Shown one piece after another: positions 54,845-63,743 of a stretch of 64,000 bases of DNA (positions within the stretch are counted from its first letter, which is position 1; each line of letters begins with the position of its first letter). Location: positions 2,558,504-2,622,503 of the forward strand of contig OZ244068.1 of the NCBI GenBank assembly GCA_965215615.1, given 5' to 3'. Source of the DNA: Vicinamibacteria bacterium (GTDB lineage Bacteria; Acidobacteriota; Vicinamibacteria; Marinacidobacterales; Marinacidobacteraceae). Below the pieces are notes generated by a model, which saw only the letters and a list, made by a program, of their open reading frames with translations, had not been told where the DNA came from and searched no databases. The position numbers and the translations under genes are program-made.

Positions 54845-55012
54845 CAGAATTCCTTTCATGGATTGCATACCACGCATGAAGCGTGACATATGAGGACACC
54901 CTTCCATTTGTCTCTCTCGGACCTGCTCGCAACCTGACCCGTGGATCACTCCGAGACGAGCGCCCGGCCCAGCGACCCTTGCGTACTACATTTTTACTAC
55001 AATGAAGGCGAT

Positions 55013-55312
55013 ATGGCGATCAACCTCACCCACCGGCCGGACCTCGAAGAGCGCATCGAGCGATTGGCCTCCCGGTTCGGAATGAACGGACGAGGCCGCA
55101 AGACCGCGATCATCGAAAGAGCCCTTTCCGCGCTCGAAGAGGAGATGCCGCGCATGTCTCCAGAGGAGATCGTGGAGTCGCTCGAAGCCTTTGGCCGCGA
55201 TGCGGCACGGGTGACCGAAGAGTTGGCCGGAGATCCGGATCTCGATCACGCGAAACCGCTCTCCCAAACCCTCCAGGATGCGCTCTACGACGAGCAGGGC
55301 TTGCCGAAGTGA
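55013..55312 (+). CDS. vapB: VapB-type antitoxin (RHH / Rv0623-like family)
   Basis: MAINLTHRPDLEERIERLASRFGMNGRGRKTAIIERALSAL… Overlaps the downstream vapC (GTGA). Confidence 0.55.
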   Translation: MAINLTHRPDLEERIERLASRFGMNGRGRKTAIIERALSALEEEMPRMSPEEIVESLEAFGRDAARVTEELAGDPDLDHAKPLSQTLQDALYDEQGLPK

Positions 55313-55725
55313 TCGTCGTGGACACATCGGCGATCCTCGCGATCCTCCAGCGAGAGCCCGAAGCTCCTCGCTTTCGACGCGCCATTGCGGAAGCCGGAGT
55401 GGCGCTGGTCTCCGCGGGCACTGCCGTGGAGCTCGCCGCAATGGTCACCGCCAGACCCGGGAGCCTTCGCGAAGAAGCCAAGGACTTTCTGCGTCTGCCG
55501 TTCGTGCGGATCGAGCCGGTCACGGCGGCACAAGCCGATCGAGCTGCCGATGGCTTTTCGAGCTGGGGCAAGGGACACCACCCGGCAGGCCTGAACTTCG
55601 GGGACATGTTCGCCTACCTTCTCGCGCGCGACCGAGGGCTCCCCCTCCTCTTCAAGGGCAACGATTTCGTCCATACGGAGGTGGAGAGCGCGCTCGCAGG
55701 CGAAGGAAGCGGGCGGGGCGACTGA
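55309..55725 (+). CDS. vapC: VapC-family PIN-domain toxin
   Basis: MIVVDTSAILAIL… and …NFGDMFAYLLAR… carry PIN catalytic acidic residues. Confidence 0.75.
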   Translation: MIVVDTSAILAILQREPEAPRFRRAIAEAGVALVSAGTAVELAAMVTARPGSLREEAKDFLRLPFVRIEPVTAAQADRAADGFSSWGKGHHPAGLNFGDMFAYLLARDRGLPLLFKGNDFVHTEVESALAGEGSGRGD

Positions 55726-55999
55726 CCGGACCGGCGCGATCAGACAGCCAGCGGGTCTTGGGTCGTTTCGCGGTCCTTCAGTGTGGCCCGCAGCCGGTCC
55801 ACCACGATCCCGTGCCTCGATTCTGTGTCCCCGGTTGGCAATTCGAGAACCGTATCCACGGATGTCTCCGCCATGAGCATCAAAGTAGTAGCTGGTGTAC
55901 ATCGAATCCTTCCCGCTCCGTCAACGGTGTTGCGGAGAGTAGGGAACCGGTGCGTCAGAGCGCGTCATCCCCTCGTGACGCGCTGCCGGAGCAGGCGGG

Positions 56000-57595
56000 T
56001 CAGGCGAGGGCCGGGGACGCGAGCTTTTCGAGGTTTGCCTCGAACATCCCCTGGAGTTGCCGGGCCTTCCTGTCGTAGGCCTCCGGGTCTTCCCACGTCC
56101 CGCGCGGATCGAGAACCTCGGCGGGGACTCCGGGACAGGCGCGGGGAACTCCCAGCCCGAAGACCGGGTCCGGGGCGTATCCGGAATCATCCACGCTGCC
56201 ATCGAGGGCGGCGCTCACAAGCGCCCGGGTGAGCCCGAGCGGCATCCGGTCGGCGACGCCGGCGGGGCCGCCGCTCCATCCCGTGTTGACGAGGTAGCAG
56301 CGGACGTCGTTCTCGCGGATGCGTTTTCCGAGCAGCTCGGCATAGACCTCCGGGCGGCGGGTCATGAACGGCGCGCCGAAACAGGGGCTGAAGGTCGCCT
56401 GCGGCTCTTCGATGCCGCGCTCGGTTCCGGCCACCTTCGCGGTGTAGCCGGACAGGAAGTGATGCATCGCCTGCTCCGGAGTCAGCCGGGAGATCGGCGG
56501 CAGCACCCCGAAAGCGTCGGCGGTGAGCATCAGCACCACCCGGGGGTGGCCTCCGGTGCCCGTTCGAGAGGCGCTCGGGATGTGGGTGACCGGGTAGGAA
56601 GCGCGGGTGTTCTCGGTGAACTCGGCGCTGTCCAGATCCAGCCGGCGGGTCTCGCCCCGGACCACCACGTTCTCGAGGATCGTCCCGAAGCGGCGGGTGG
56701 TGGCGTAGATCTCCGGCTCGCCGGTACGCGAGAGCCGGATGACCTTGGCATAGCAGCCACCCTCGAAGTTGAAGACTCCCTCCGGTCCCCAGCCGTGCTC
56801 GTCGTCCCCGACCAGGGTACGGTGCGGGTCGGCCGAGAGCGTCGTCTTGCCGGTTCCCGAGAGCCCGAAGAAGATCGCCAGATCATCGGGATCTTCGCCG
56901 TGGTTCGCGGCGCAGTGCATCGGCAGCACGTCGCGCTCCGGCATCAGCCAGTTCATCACCGAGAACACCGATTTCTTGATCTCGCCGGCGTAAGCGGTTC
57001 CCCCGATGAGGATCTCCCGCCGCTCGAAGTTGACCACCACGAAGACCTCGGAGCGGGTGCCGTCCTGGTCGGGAGCGGCCCGGAACTGGGGTGCCGCGAT
57101 CACCGTGAACTCCGGATGGTGCTCTTCGAGGGCCTCCGATTTCCGGGTCCGCACGAACATGTTGCGCGCGAAGAGGTTCTGCCAGGCGGTGGTGGTGATC
57201 ACCCGGATCGGGAGCTGGTAGTCCGGATGGGCCCCGACGTGGCAGTCCTGGACGAAGAGCTCCCGGTTCTGGAGGTAGGCCGTGAGCCGCCAGCGGAGCC
57301 GCTCATACCGCTCGCGGGAGAACGGCCGGTTGTGTGTTCCCCACCACACTTCGGGGTCGGTCTCCGGGCCGCCCACCACGTACTTGTCCTGGGGCGAGCG
57401 GCCGGTGAACTCCCCGGTGCGGACCACGATAGGGCCGCCGTGGGCGAGGATCGCCTCCCCGCGGAAGACCGCCTCCTGGGTCAGCGCCGGGGTGGAGAGA
57501 TTCCAGTGAACCCGGCGGGGATAGCGAATTCCGGCGAGCGAGAGCCCATGGCGACTGGGCGCAAATCCGAGGTGTTCGGTTTCGAGGTGGTGCAA
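56000..57595 (-). CDS. pckA: Phosphoenolpyruvate carboxykinase (ATP)
   Basis: 531 aa, collinear with E. coli PckA (…TGRSPQDKY…, kinase-1a GLSGTGKTTLS, …GDDEHGW…, …FEGGCYAK…). Confidence 0.9.
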   Translation of the reverse strand: MHHLETEHLGFAPSRHGLSLAGIRYPRRVHWNLSTPALTQEAVFRGEAILAHGGPIVVRTGEFTGRSPQDKYVVGGPETDPEVWWGTHNRPFSRERYERLRWRLTAYLQNRELFVQDCHVGAHPDYQLPIRVITTTAWQNLFARNMFVRTRKSEALEEHHPEFTVIAAPQFRAAPDQDGTRSEVFVVVNFERREILIGGTAYAGEIKKSVFSVMNWLMPERDVLPMHCAANHGEDPDDLAIFFGLSGTGKTTLSADPHRTLVGDDEHGWGPEGVFNFEGGCYAKVIRLSRTGEPEIYATTRRFGTILENVVVRGETRRLDLDSAEFTENTRASYPVTHIPSASRTGTGGHPRVVLMLTADAFGVLPPISRLTPEQAMHHFLSGYTAKVAGTERGIEEPQATFSPCFGAPFMTRRPEVYAELLGKRIRENDVRCYLVNTGWSGGPAGVADRMPLGLTRALVSAALDGSVDDSGYAPDPVFGLGVPRACPGVPAEVLDPRGTWEDPEAYDRKARQLQGMFEANLEKLASPALA

Positions 57596-60450
57596 GTGCG
57601 ATCTCCGGTTCCGGCCGGAGAATCGCCCGGCCGCTCAAGCCCGGCATCGTAGCCCGCGAAGCCGGGCCGCTTCTTCGATTCGCGCCCTGCGGTCTGGGTC
57701 GCCAGCTCCCCAGCGAGCCGGTCCCGATCCTCGAGGAAGCCGAGCACTTCGGCCCGCTCCCGAACGAGGGCGAAATCGGCGGGGGTCAGTCGCCCGGAAT
57801 CGAGAATCACGGGCGGAGCCTCACCCCCGAAGAACACCTCCCAGGCCCGCGCCACCCGAGGGCGGTCCAGATAATCGAAGGTCGCGTGGAACAGGAACCG
57901 GCGCGCCACCGCCGGATCGAGATGGTCTCGCAGGTTGGTGGTGAACACGTACGGCAGATCGTGGACCTCCAGTTGGCTCAACAGTTCGTTCGCCTGGCTC
58001 GTTTCCCACGAACGAACATGATCCCGCCGATCCCCAAGCAGCGAATCGGCCTCGTCGAGAATCAGGAACGCACGCCGCTCCCGGGCTTCGGCGAACATCC
58101 TGGCGATGTTCTGCTCGTTCTCGCCCACCCACTTGCTGAGAAGGTCGGAGGCACGCCGGACCATGGGATCCATCCCCATCCGCTTCGCCAGTTGCTTCGC
58201 GAACTCGGATTTCCCGGTTCCCGAGGGGCCGTCCAGCAGGATGCCCATCCGGCGGGGGCCGAGAGCCACGACCCGGTCCGCGAGATCGGCCAGATCCCGA
58301 TCGGCGCTCACCAGCGAGAAGTCGTAGTTCTCGACCGGTTTCGCTTCCGCCACCCGCGACCCGCGGCGAAGGCGGGATTTCTGCTCGACCGAGCGCCGGA
58401 GTGCGTCTTCTCCTCCGCCGGTGAAGGCCGCGACCCGGGCCGCGTTTCCGACCTGCCGGGGGGTGATCCGCGGGTTCGCCGCCAGTTCGCGGACGAATTC
58501 CGGGGACGGAACCCCGCTCTTCTCGGTGAGAATCCCCCGGAACATCTCCTCGCGGGTGGCGGCGGACAGGTTCCGGAATTCGAGAGACAGGGTGAACCGG
58601 TCCAGCAACTGGGGAAACACCATGCGGAGAACCTCGATCTCGTTGGCGGTGAACAGGATCGGCACCGGAGCCTGCTCCAGCAGATCGTTCAGCCACTGCT
58701 TGGATTCATCGAGAATCTCTTCGAGTTCGTCGAAGAGAAGGAAGGCACCCGGTTCGTCGGCAAGTGCCTCGCAGGCGAAACGAAGACTCACCGGCCGAGC
58801 AACGGTGAGACGGGCATCGGTGCCCTGCTCGCGCTTTCCCACCGAGTAGAGAGTCGCTCCCGCCTCGGCGGCCAGCGAGTGGCAGAACTCGGTCTTGCCG
58901 CAACCGGGCGGCCCATAGGCGAGAAAGCTCACCCCCCGCACCGCGGCGGCATCTCCCCGGCGGCGCGCATCCAGCGCGTTCCGGAACACCCCGAGAACGT
59001 CCTTACCCGGGTCGCCCAGGTGCCCGAAGGCCTTCCACGGAAGTTGCGCCCGAACCGGGGGGCCGAGACGGGGCCGGGCGATCTGGCAGGACACGGTGCG
59101 CTCGTGGCGCTCGGCGAACCGGCGGATGTCCTCCGCCGAACCCCCGATCAGACGGGAGGACCGGATCGCCGGTTCGATGAGACCCGGAGGACACTCGAGA
59201 TCGTCGGCGAGAAAGCCGGCGAGACTCTCGGCGGACGATTCGTCGAGCGAATCGAGACCGCTCTTCCGCACCATGCTGAGCGCGACGCTCCGCCGTCGGG
59301 ACGGGCTGTGCGCCTTGAAGCGGATGGTCAGATCGAACCGCCGCAACAGCGCTTCGTCGAAGTCCTCGAGACTGTTCACCGTGAAGATCGCCGGGACCGA
59401 GAGTTCCTCGAGAAGCTGGAGACTGTGGCGACGGCGGCCCTCGCTGGTCTGGAGAAGATCCTCGGCCTCGTCGCAGAGAATCACCGCCTCCGGATCGCTC
59501 CGGAGCAGGACATCGGCAGCGCGAAGGCGATTGCGGTACGCGGCCGGGCTATCGGAGTCCCGCGAGGTGGACTCTTCCCGCCGCTCGCGGGGGTCATCTC
59601 CGCCGCTGATGTCATGGGCGCGCCCCGAGGCTGCCTTGGCAAGTGCCTTCGAGAACTGGGTCTTTCCGGTTCCCGCCCGCCCGTAGAGCAGGATGCGGGC
59701 GCTCTCGCGCTTCTCGACGGCAGCCGACAGCAGGCGGAAGGCGTCCTCCCGTTCGCCGAGATGGTCGAAGTCCTCCAGCTCGAGAAGCGGCTCGGAAGCG
59801 AGAGGCGCGATACGGGTTCCCAGCTCGTCCTCATCGCGGACCGGCGGCTCATAGATCCGATCCAGCCAGTCGTCGGTGTAGTTGCGCGGCTCGGCGCCCT
59901 CCGCTCCCCATGCCGAAGCGTCGGCAAGACCGAGAGCCGAGAGGCGGCGAAGCCCCTTCTCCACAGCGGTCCGGGAGATCCCGAGAACGGTCGCGGTGGC
60001 ATCCAGCCCGTTGCCGTGGGACTCCTGGACGGCATCCCAAAACGTCTCGACCGGACCGCGACGGCGATAGATGCGGGCCAGTTCCAGCAGGGCGTGGCAC
60101 GACTCATCGAGACGAAACCGGCGCGCCACCACTCCGGTGGCTTCGGCTTCGCGGCTCGCCGGAGGTGCCGGCCGGAGTGAGGCCTCGACCTCCTCCCGCA
60201 TGGTCTTCAGAAACGCCCGGGCGCGCCCCCTGGGGAAGCCGTCCCGCTCGCGGCGCGGGCCGAACTTCTTCTCGAAGCGCTTCTCCCAGCTTCCGGCCCC
60301 GATATCCTTGGTCTCGTCAAAGTTGCTATTGATCCAGTCGAGAAGCGCGGCCGCGAGGGGCCCGTCGTTCCGGGCCGCCACCAGCGCGTTCCGGAAATAC
60401 CGGCGGGAGAGGTAGTGGTCGTAGGCGTTTCTTCCGTGTTTCTGTTTCAT
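57481..60450 (-). CDS. Large ATPase with three tandem classic AAA+ modules and an N-terminal sigma-70-region-4-like HTH
   Basis: Three Walker A motifs (GRAGTGKTQ; GPPGCGKTE; GPSGTGKSE), each followed by Walker B hhhhDE (ILCDEAE; LLFDELE; LILDEAD) and LLRRF / LLDRF / VARRF second-region-of-homology motifs. The N-terminus has …LDATATVLGISRTAVEKGLRRLSALGL…. The 3' end overlaps the pckA start by 115 nt. Confidence 0.7.
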   Translation of the reverse strand: MKQKHGRNAYDHYLSRRYFRNALVAARNDGPLAAALLDWINSNFDETKDIGAGSWEKRFEKKFGPRRERDGFPRGRARAFLKTMREEVEASLRPAPPASREAEATGVVARRFRLDESCHALLELARIYRRRGPVETFWDAVQESHGNGLDATATVLGISRTAVEKGLRRLSALGLADASAWGAEGAEPRNYTDDWLDRIYEPPVRDEDELGTRIAPLASEPLLELEDFDHLGEREDAFRLLSAAVEKRESARILLYGRAGTGKTQFSKALAKAASGRAHDISGGDDPRERREESTSRDSDSPAAYRNRLRAADVLLRSDPEAVILCDEAEDLLQTSEGRRRHSLQLLEELSVPAIFTVNSLEDFDEALLRRFDLTIRFKAHSPSRRRSVALSMVRKSGLDSLDESSAESLAGFLADDLECPPGLIEPAIRSSRLIGGSAEDIRRFAERHERTVSCQIARPRLGPPVRAQLPWKAFGHLGDPGKDVLGVFRNALDARRRGDAAAVRGVSFLAYGPPGCGKTEFCHSLAAEAGATLYSVGKREQGTDARLTVARPVSLRFACEALADEPGAFLLFDELEEILDESKQWLNDLLEQAPVPILFTANEIEVLRMVFPQLLDRFTLSLEFRNLSAATREEMFRGILTEKSGVPSPEFVRELAANPRITPRQVGNAARVAAFTGGGEDALRRSVEQKSRLRRGSRVAEAKPVENYDFSLVSADRDLADLADRVVALGPRRMGILLDGPSGTGKSEFAKQLAKRMGMDPMVRRASDLLSKWVGENEQNIARMFAEARERRAFLILDEADSLLGDRRDHVRSWETSQANELLSQLEVHDLPYVFTTNLRDHLDPAVARRFLFHATFDYLDRPRVARAWEVFFGGEAPPVILDSGRLTPADFALVRERAEVLGFLEDRDRLAGELATQTAGRESKKRPGFAGYDAGLERPGDSPAGTGDRTCTTSKPNTSDLRPVAMGSRSPEFAIPAGFTGISPPRR

Positions 60451-60582
60451 GAGAGGGAAGACTAGGGACAGCCCGTGTCAACTTGCGACACCCCTCGAAA
60501 CGGCCTGACGATTTGTCGGATTCTCGGCCTTCCGCATATAGTCGGCGGTTCCGCCTTCGTGCGCGAGTCAAGGAGAGGACAG

Positions 60583-61944
60583 ATGCCAAAAAACATGTGG
60601 TTCAACCGCAGGATGTTCTTGAAGGGTGCCGGCGCGACCGCGCTTACCGGTGCCGTGACCGGCGGCGCTTCGTTCGCGCGGCCGGCGGCTCCGCCCCAGG
60701 GTGGCGGCGGGATGTTCGATTTCGACACGCCGTACGACCGCTGGGATACCGACAGCAACAAGTGGGATCTCATCGGGGAAACCTACGGCCGGGACAAGCT
60801 CCAGTTCGCGATGGGCGTGGCTGACATGGACTTCAAGTGTGCTCCGGCCATCACCGAGGCGCTTCAGAAGCGGGTCGCTCACGAGAACTGGGGCTACCTC
60901 CACATGCCGAAGGACTTCTTCCCGGCGATCCAGGACTGGAACCGGACCCGCCACGGGCTCGAAATCAACCCCGACCTGATGGCGCTCTCGGACGGTGTCC
61001 ATCCGGCGCTGATCGCGGCTCTCAAGGCGCTCACCCGGCCCGGCAGCAAGATCCTGCTCACCACCTCCACCTACAGCGGTTTCTACACCGACCTGCGGGA
61101 ATCCAGCACGCTGGCCGAGGAGAGCCCCCTCATCGTCGAGAACGGGGTGCATCGGTTCGACTTCGACGACATCGCGTCGCGGATTTCGCACGACACCGAC
61201 GCGCTGATCCTCTGCAATCCACAGAACCCGACCGGTAACTGCTGGTCGCCGGAGGATCTGATGCGGCTGGGGCAGCTCTGTCTGGAACGGCGGGTGGTGG
61301 TACTGGCCGACGAAATCCACTGCGACTTCGTGACCAGGGGGAACAAGTACACCCCGTTCGCGACTCTGCCCGATGAGGATGTGGTGCGGAACAGCATGAC
61401 CTTCCAGTCGGCGAGCAAGACCTTCAGCCTGGCTGCCATGAAGATCGCCTGGTTCCACACGACGAACCCCGAGTTCTTCGAGAAGACCCAGGAACAGCAC
61501 ATGGAGCAGACCAACACCCTGGGAGTCGTCGCCACCCACGCCGCGCTCCGGGGCGGTGCCGACTGGCTCGACCAGTTGCTCGTCTATCTCGACGGCAACC
61601 ACGATTTCGTCGAGCAGTACATCCGGGAGAACATCCCGAAAATCAAGTACACCAAGGCGCAGGGCACCTACCTCGCCTGGCTGGACGTGGCCGGCCTCGC
61701 CGACGCGATCGATGCCAGGGGGAGATGGGAGAAGGCCATGGAGGAGGAACCGGATGCGGTGGTCCCGCACACTCCCGAGCGCATGATCACTCGCTGGCTC
61801 GTGGAGAACGCCGGGGTCTATACGAACTCCGGATCGAGCTACGGGCCGGGCGGCGAGAACCACATACGGATGAACCTCGGCACCTCCCGGCAGGTCATCC
61901 GAATGGCCCTCGACAACATCGCCGAAGCCGTGAACGCCCTGTAA
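60583..61944 (+). CDS. PLP-dependent aminotransferase class I/II, MalY/PatB-type C-S lyase family, Tat signal
   Basis: AGGAGAGGA RBS. MPKNMWFNRRMFLKGAGATAL Tat motif. …SASKTFSLAAMKIAW… (PLP-Lys region) and …NPQNPTGN…. Confidence 0.7.
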   Translation: MPKNMWFNRRMFLKGAGATALTGAVTGGASFARPAAPPQGGGGMFDFDTPYDRWDTDSNKWDLIGETYGRDKLQFAMGVADMDFKCAPAITEALQKRVAHENWGYLHMPKDFFPAIQDWNRTRHGLEINPDLMALSDGVHPALIAALKALTRPGSKILLTTSTYSGFYTDLRESSTLAEESPLIVENGVHRFDFDDIASRISHDTDALILCNPQNPTGNCWSPEDLMRLGQLCLERRVVVLADEIHCDFVTRGNKYTPFATLPDEDVVRNSMTFQSASKTFSLAAMKIAWFHTTNPEFFEKTQEQHMEQTNTLGVVATHAALRGGADWLDQLLVYLDGNHDFVEQYIRENIPKIKYTKAQGTYLAWLDVAGLADAIDARGRWEKAMEEEPDAVVPHTPERMITRWLVENAGVYTNSGSSYGPGGENHIRMNLGTSRQVIRMALDNIAEAVNAL

Positions 61945-61952
61945 CGCTCGCG

Positions 61953-62228
61953 ATGCGCCGCCGCGAGTTCGCCGCACTGGCTGCTGCGACGACGGCAGGT
62001 GCGCTCTGGCAGCAGGCGTGCGCGGAGGTGGAGGAATCGGGTCAGGTTTCCCCTGAAACCGCCCGCACCCTGCTCGACCACCAGGGCCCTCGTGGCATCT
62101 ACGAAGACCCGGCGGAACTCGATCGCCTGCGCCGCGCCATCGCCAGCATGGTGGAAGTCCAGCGGACGCTCCGGGAGTTTCCCCTCGACCCGGACGAACC
62201 GCCGGTGACCATCTTCCGGCGCGGCTGA
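61953..62228 (+). CDS. Small (91 aa) Tat-signal protein immediately upstream of an amidase lacking its own signal
   Basis: MRRREFAALAAATTAGALWQQACA… with a twin-arginine motif. The amidase starts 5 nt downstream. Confidence 0.45.
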   Translation: MRRREFAALAAATTAGALWQQACAEVEESGQVSPETARTLLDHQGPRGIYEDPAELDRLRRAIASMVEVQRTLREFPLDPDEPPVTIFRRG

Positions 62229-62232
62229 ACCG

Positions 62233-63702
62233 GTGGACGAAAACACCTTCTTCCTCACGGTCGCCGAGCTTGCGGCCGGCCTGGAGAGAGGGGATTTCAC
62301 TTCGGTCGAACTCACCGAGGCGTACCTCGACCGGGCGGAGGAGCTGGACCCGCCTCCCTTCGAGCTGCCGAGCGAGCCACGCGAGGACCACGGCGGCAAG
62401 CTCGCCACCATGGTTACGATCGCCCGGGACCACGCGCTTGAGACGGCCGAACGCGCCGACCGGGAACGCGCCTCGGGAAACACGCGGAGCCTCCTCCACG
62501 GCATCCCCTACGGAGTGAAGGATCTGCTGGATACGAGAGGCATCCGCACCACCTGGGGATCGGGGATCTTCCGCGACCGGATCCCCGAGCGCGATGCGGC
62601 CGTGGTCGAGCGGCTGGAAGCAGCCGGCGCGGTGCTGATGGCCAAGAACAGTCTCGGGGAGTTCGCCGGCGGCAACACGAGTTCGGCGCTCAACCCGTGG
62701 AAGCTCGACCGCACCAGCTTCGGCTCTTCGAGCGGGACCGTTGCGGCCGCGGTGGCGGGCCTGATGGGCTTCGGAATCGGCACCGAGACCGGCGGTTCCA
62801 TCGTCTTTCCGGCTTCAGCGGTGGGTGCTTCGGGGCTTCGTCCCACCTTCGGCCGGGTGAGCCGGTTCGGCTGCATGGCGCTTTCGTGGAGCCTCGACAA
62901 GATCGGGCCGGTGGGCCGCTCCGCCGAGGACTGCGGCCACATCCTCGAACAGATCGCGGGACCGGACCCACAGGACACTTCGACCGCCGGGGAGCCGTTC
63001 GTTTTCCGGGCCGATCCCGGTTCGATGCGGGGGCGTCGCCTCGGGGTCCATCGCGCCGAGTTCCTGCTCTCGCAGTCGGAGGCCACCCGCCTGGCATTCG
63101 AGGAAGCGCTCGATGTCTTCGCCCGGATGGGCATCGAAGTCGAGGACATCGAGTTGCCGCTCTTCCCCACCGGGGCACTTTTCACGACCATCGTGACCGT
63201 CGAGAGTGGGACCAACTTCAAGTCGCTCTTCGATGACGGCAGCGCCGCGCGGATGTTCTCGTTCAACGAGGACCGGCGCGCCGGCTGGATGGCGGGGCGG
63301 ATGCTGCCCGCCGCCGATTACCTGACCGCCCAGCGCATCCGAAACCAGCTCGTGAGAGAGGCAGATGCGATCCTCTCGCGCTACGACGCGGTGATCGCGC
63401 CCACCTGGCCGAACGGCGCGGCGCTCCGGGAAGTCCGGGACGGCTGGCCGATCCCGGCCCGCAACGAATGGGAGCCGCCGGGCGAAGTGAGCGAAAGCAC
63501 GCCGCGCCTCAACTACATCGCGAACCTCGTCGGCCACCCCGGACTCGCGATCCCCTGCGGCTTCGACGAGGACGGCCTCCCGCTCTCGCTCCAGATCGTC
63601 GGCTCGCCCATGGACGACCAGGCGGTGCTGGACTTCGGGATGGCCTTCCAGCGCGAGACCGACTGGCACCGGCGGCGGCCGCCGTATCCGTGGCGGGCGT
63701 AG
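62233..63702 (+). CDS. Amidase-signature family amidase (no signal peptide)
   Basis: GTG start. …GGSSGTVAAAVAGLMGFGIGTETGGSIVFPAS… is the amidase signature, with the catalytic Lys/Ser-cisSer context. Confidence 0.8.
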   Translation: MDENTFFLTVAELAAGLERGDFTSVELTEAYLDRAEELDPPPFELPSEPREDHGGKLATMVTIARDHALETAERADRERASGNTRSLLHGIPYGVKDLLDTRGIRTTWGSGIFRDRIPERDAAVVERLEAAGAVLMAKNSLGEFAGGNTSSALNPWKLDRTSFGSSSGTVAAAVAGLMGFGIGTETGGSIVFPASAVGASGLRPTFGRVSRFGCMALSWSLDKIGPVGRSAEDCGHILEQIAGPDPQDTSTAGEPFVFRADPGSMRGRRLGVHRAEFLLSQSEATRLAFEEALDVFARMGIEVEDIELPLFPTGALFTTIVTVESGTNFKSLFDDGSAARMFSFNEDRRAGWMAGRMLPAADYLTAQRIRNQLVREADAILSRYDAVIAPTWPNGAALREVRDGWPIPARNEWEPPGEVSESTPRLNYIANLVGHPGLAIPCGFDEDGLPLSLQIVGSPMDDQAVLDFGMAFQRETDWHRRRPPYPWRA

Positions 63703-63743
63703 GCCTCGCTCACGACCGCCAGATCATCGGGGGGCGCACCCGA

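Noticed and set aside
55740-55874. 44-aa minus-strand ORF (MAETSVDTVLELPTGDTESRHGIVVDRLRATLKDRETTQDPLAV) downstream of vapC
   Set aside because: No RBS, no recognisable fold, and it is short. It may be real, but there is insufficient support to list it as a feature.
57886-60180. 764-aa plus-strand ORF antisense to the triple-AAA gene
   Set aside because: Shadow ORF. The minus strand carries three unambiguous Walker A/B sets.
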